A DNA stretch of 64,000 bases from the NCBI RefSeq assembly GCF_964204645.1, contig NC_134028.1, positions 5,270,001 to 5,334,000 of the forward strand, in the 5' to 3' direction. Of this stretch, positions 63,835-64,000 are shown piece after piece (the stretch's first letter is position 1; every line of letters begins with the position of its first letter). The stretch is from Tubulanus polymorphus (Eukaryota; Animalia; Nemertea). The notes below the pieces were generated by a model that saw nothing but the letters and a program-made list of their open reading frames with translations, ran no database searches and had not been told where the DNA came from. The position numbers were made by a program, and so were the translations under genes.

Positions 63835-64000
63835 TTAACGCGAGGTAATACAAGAGATCTTACAGGCCTATATTATCGCCACAACATGGACAGAGTGTTT
63901 CATCAGTGGCTGCCATTCTTTTAGTCGCAAATATAAGCTTAATCACGGGAACTTGACAGTTAGTTGACTAGAGTTCGACGATTGAAAATGAACTAATTTC

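Overview
Eukaryotic genomic DNA that looks like an invertebrate animal: AT-rich, CpG-rich unique sequence interleaved with many short repeats. There are no prokaryotic genes, CRISPR arrays or autonomous transposons, and almost all entries in the ORF track are spurious. Two spliced protein-coding genes sit head-to-head around a promoter region at ~51.7-52.7 kb. (1) An SDR42E1-like short-chain dehydrogenase/reductase on the minus strand has three coding exons (51515-51697, 51159-51254, 42228-42285), then an apparent intron of >42 kb that runs off the left end. (2) An STPG2-like sperm-tail PG-rich repeat gene on the plus strand has seven coding exons (53303-55705), then a long intron that runs off the right end. 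The long introns contain candidate antisense non-coding exons, several MITE families, mini- and microsatellites, and a family of 29-37 bp palindromic insertions with 7-bp target-site duplications. They also hold four loci with minimal hammerhead-ribozyme-like cores of the Penelope-associated type: a 230-bp palindrome with one core per strand, a decayed relative, a 66-bp tandem array and a solo copy. Everything was read by eye; repeat boundaries are approximate and no database or folding search was run.
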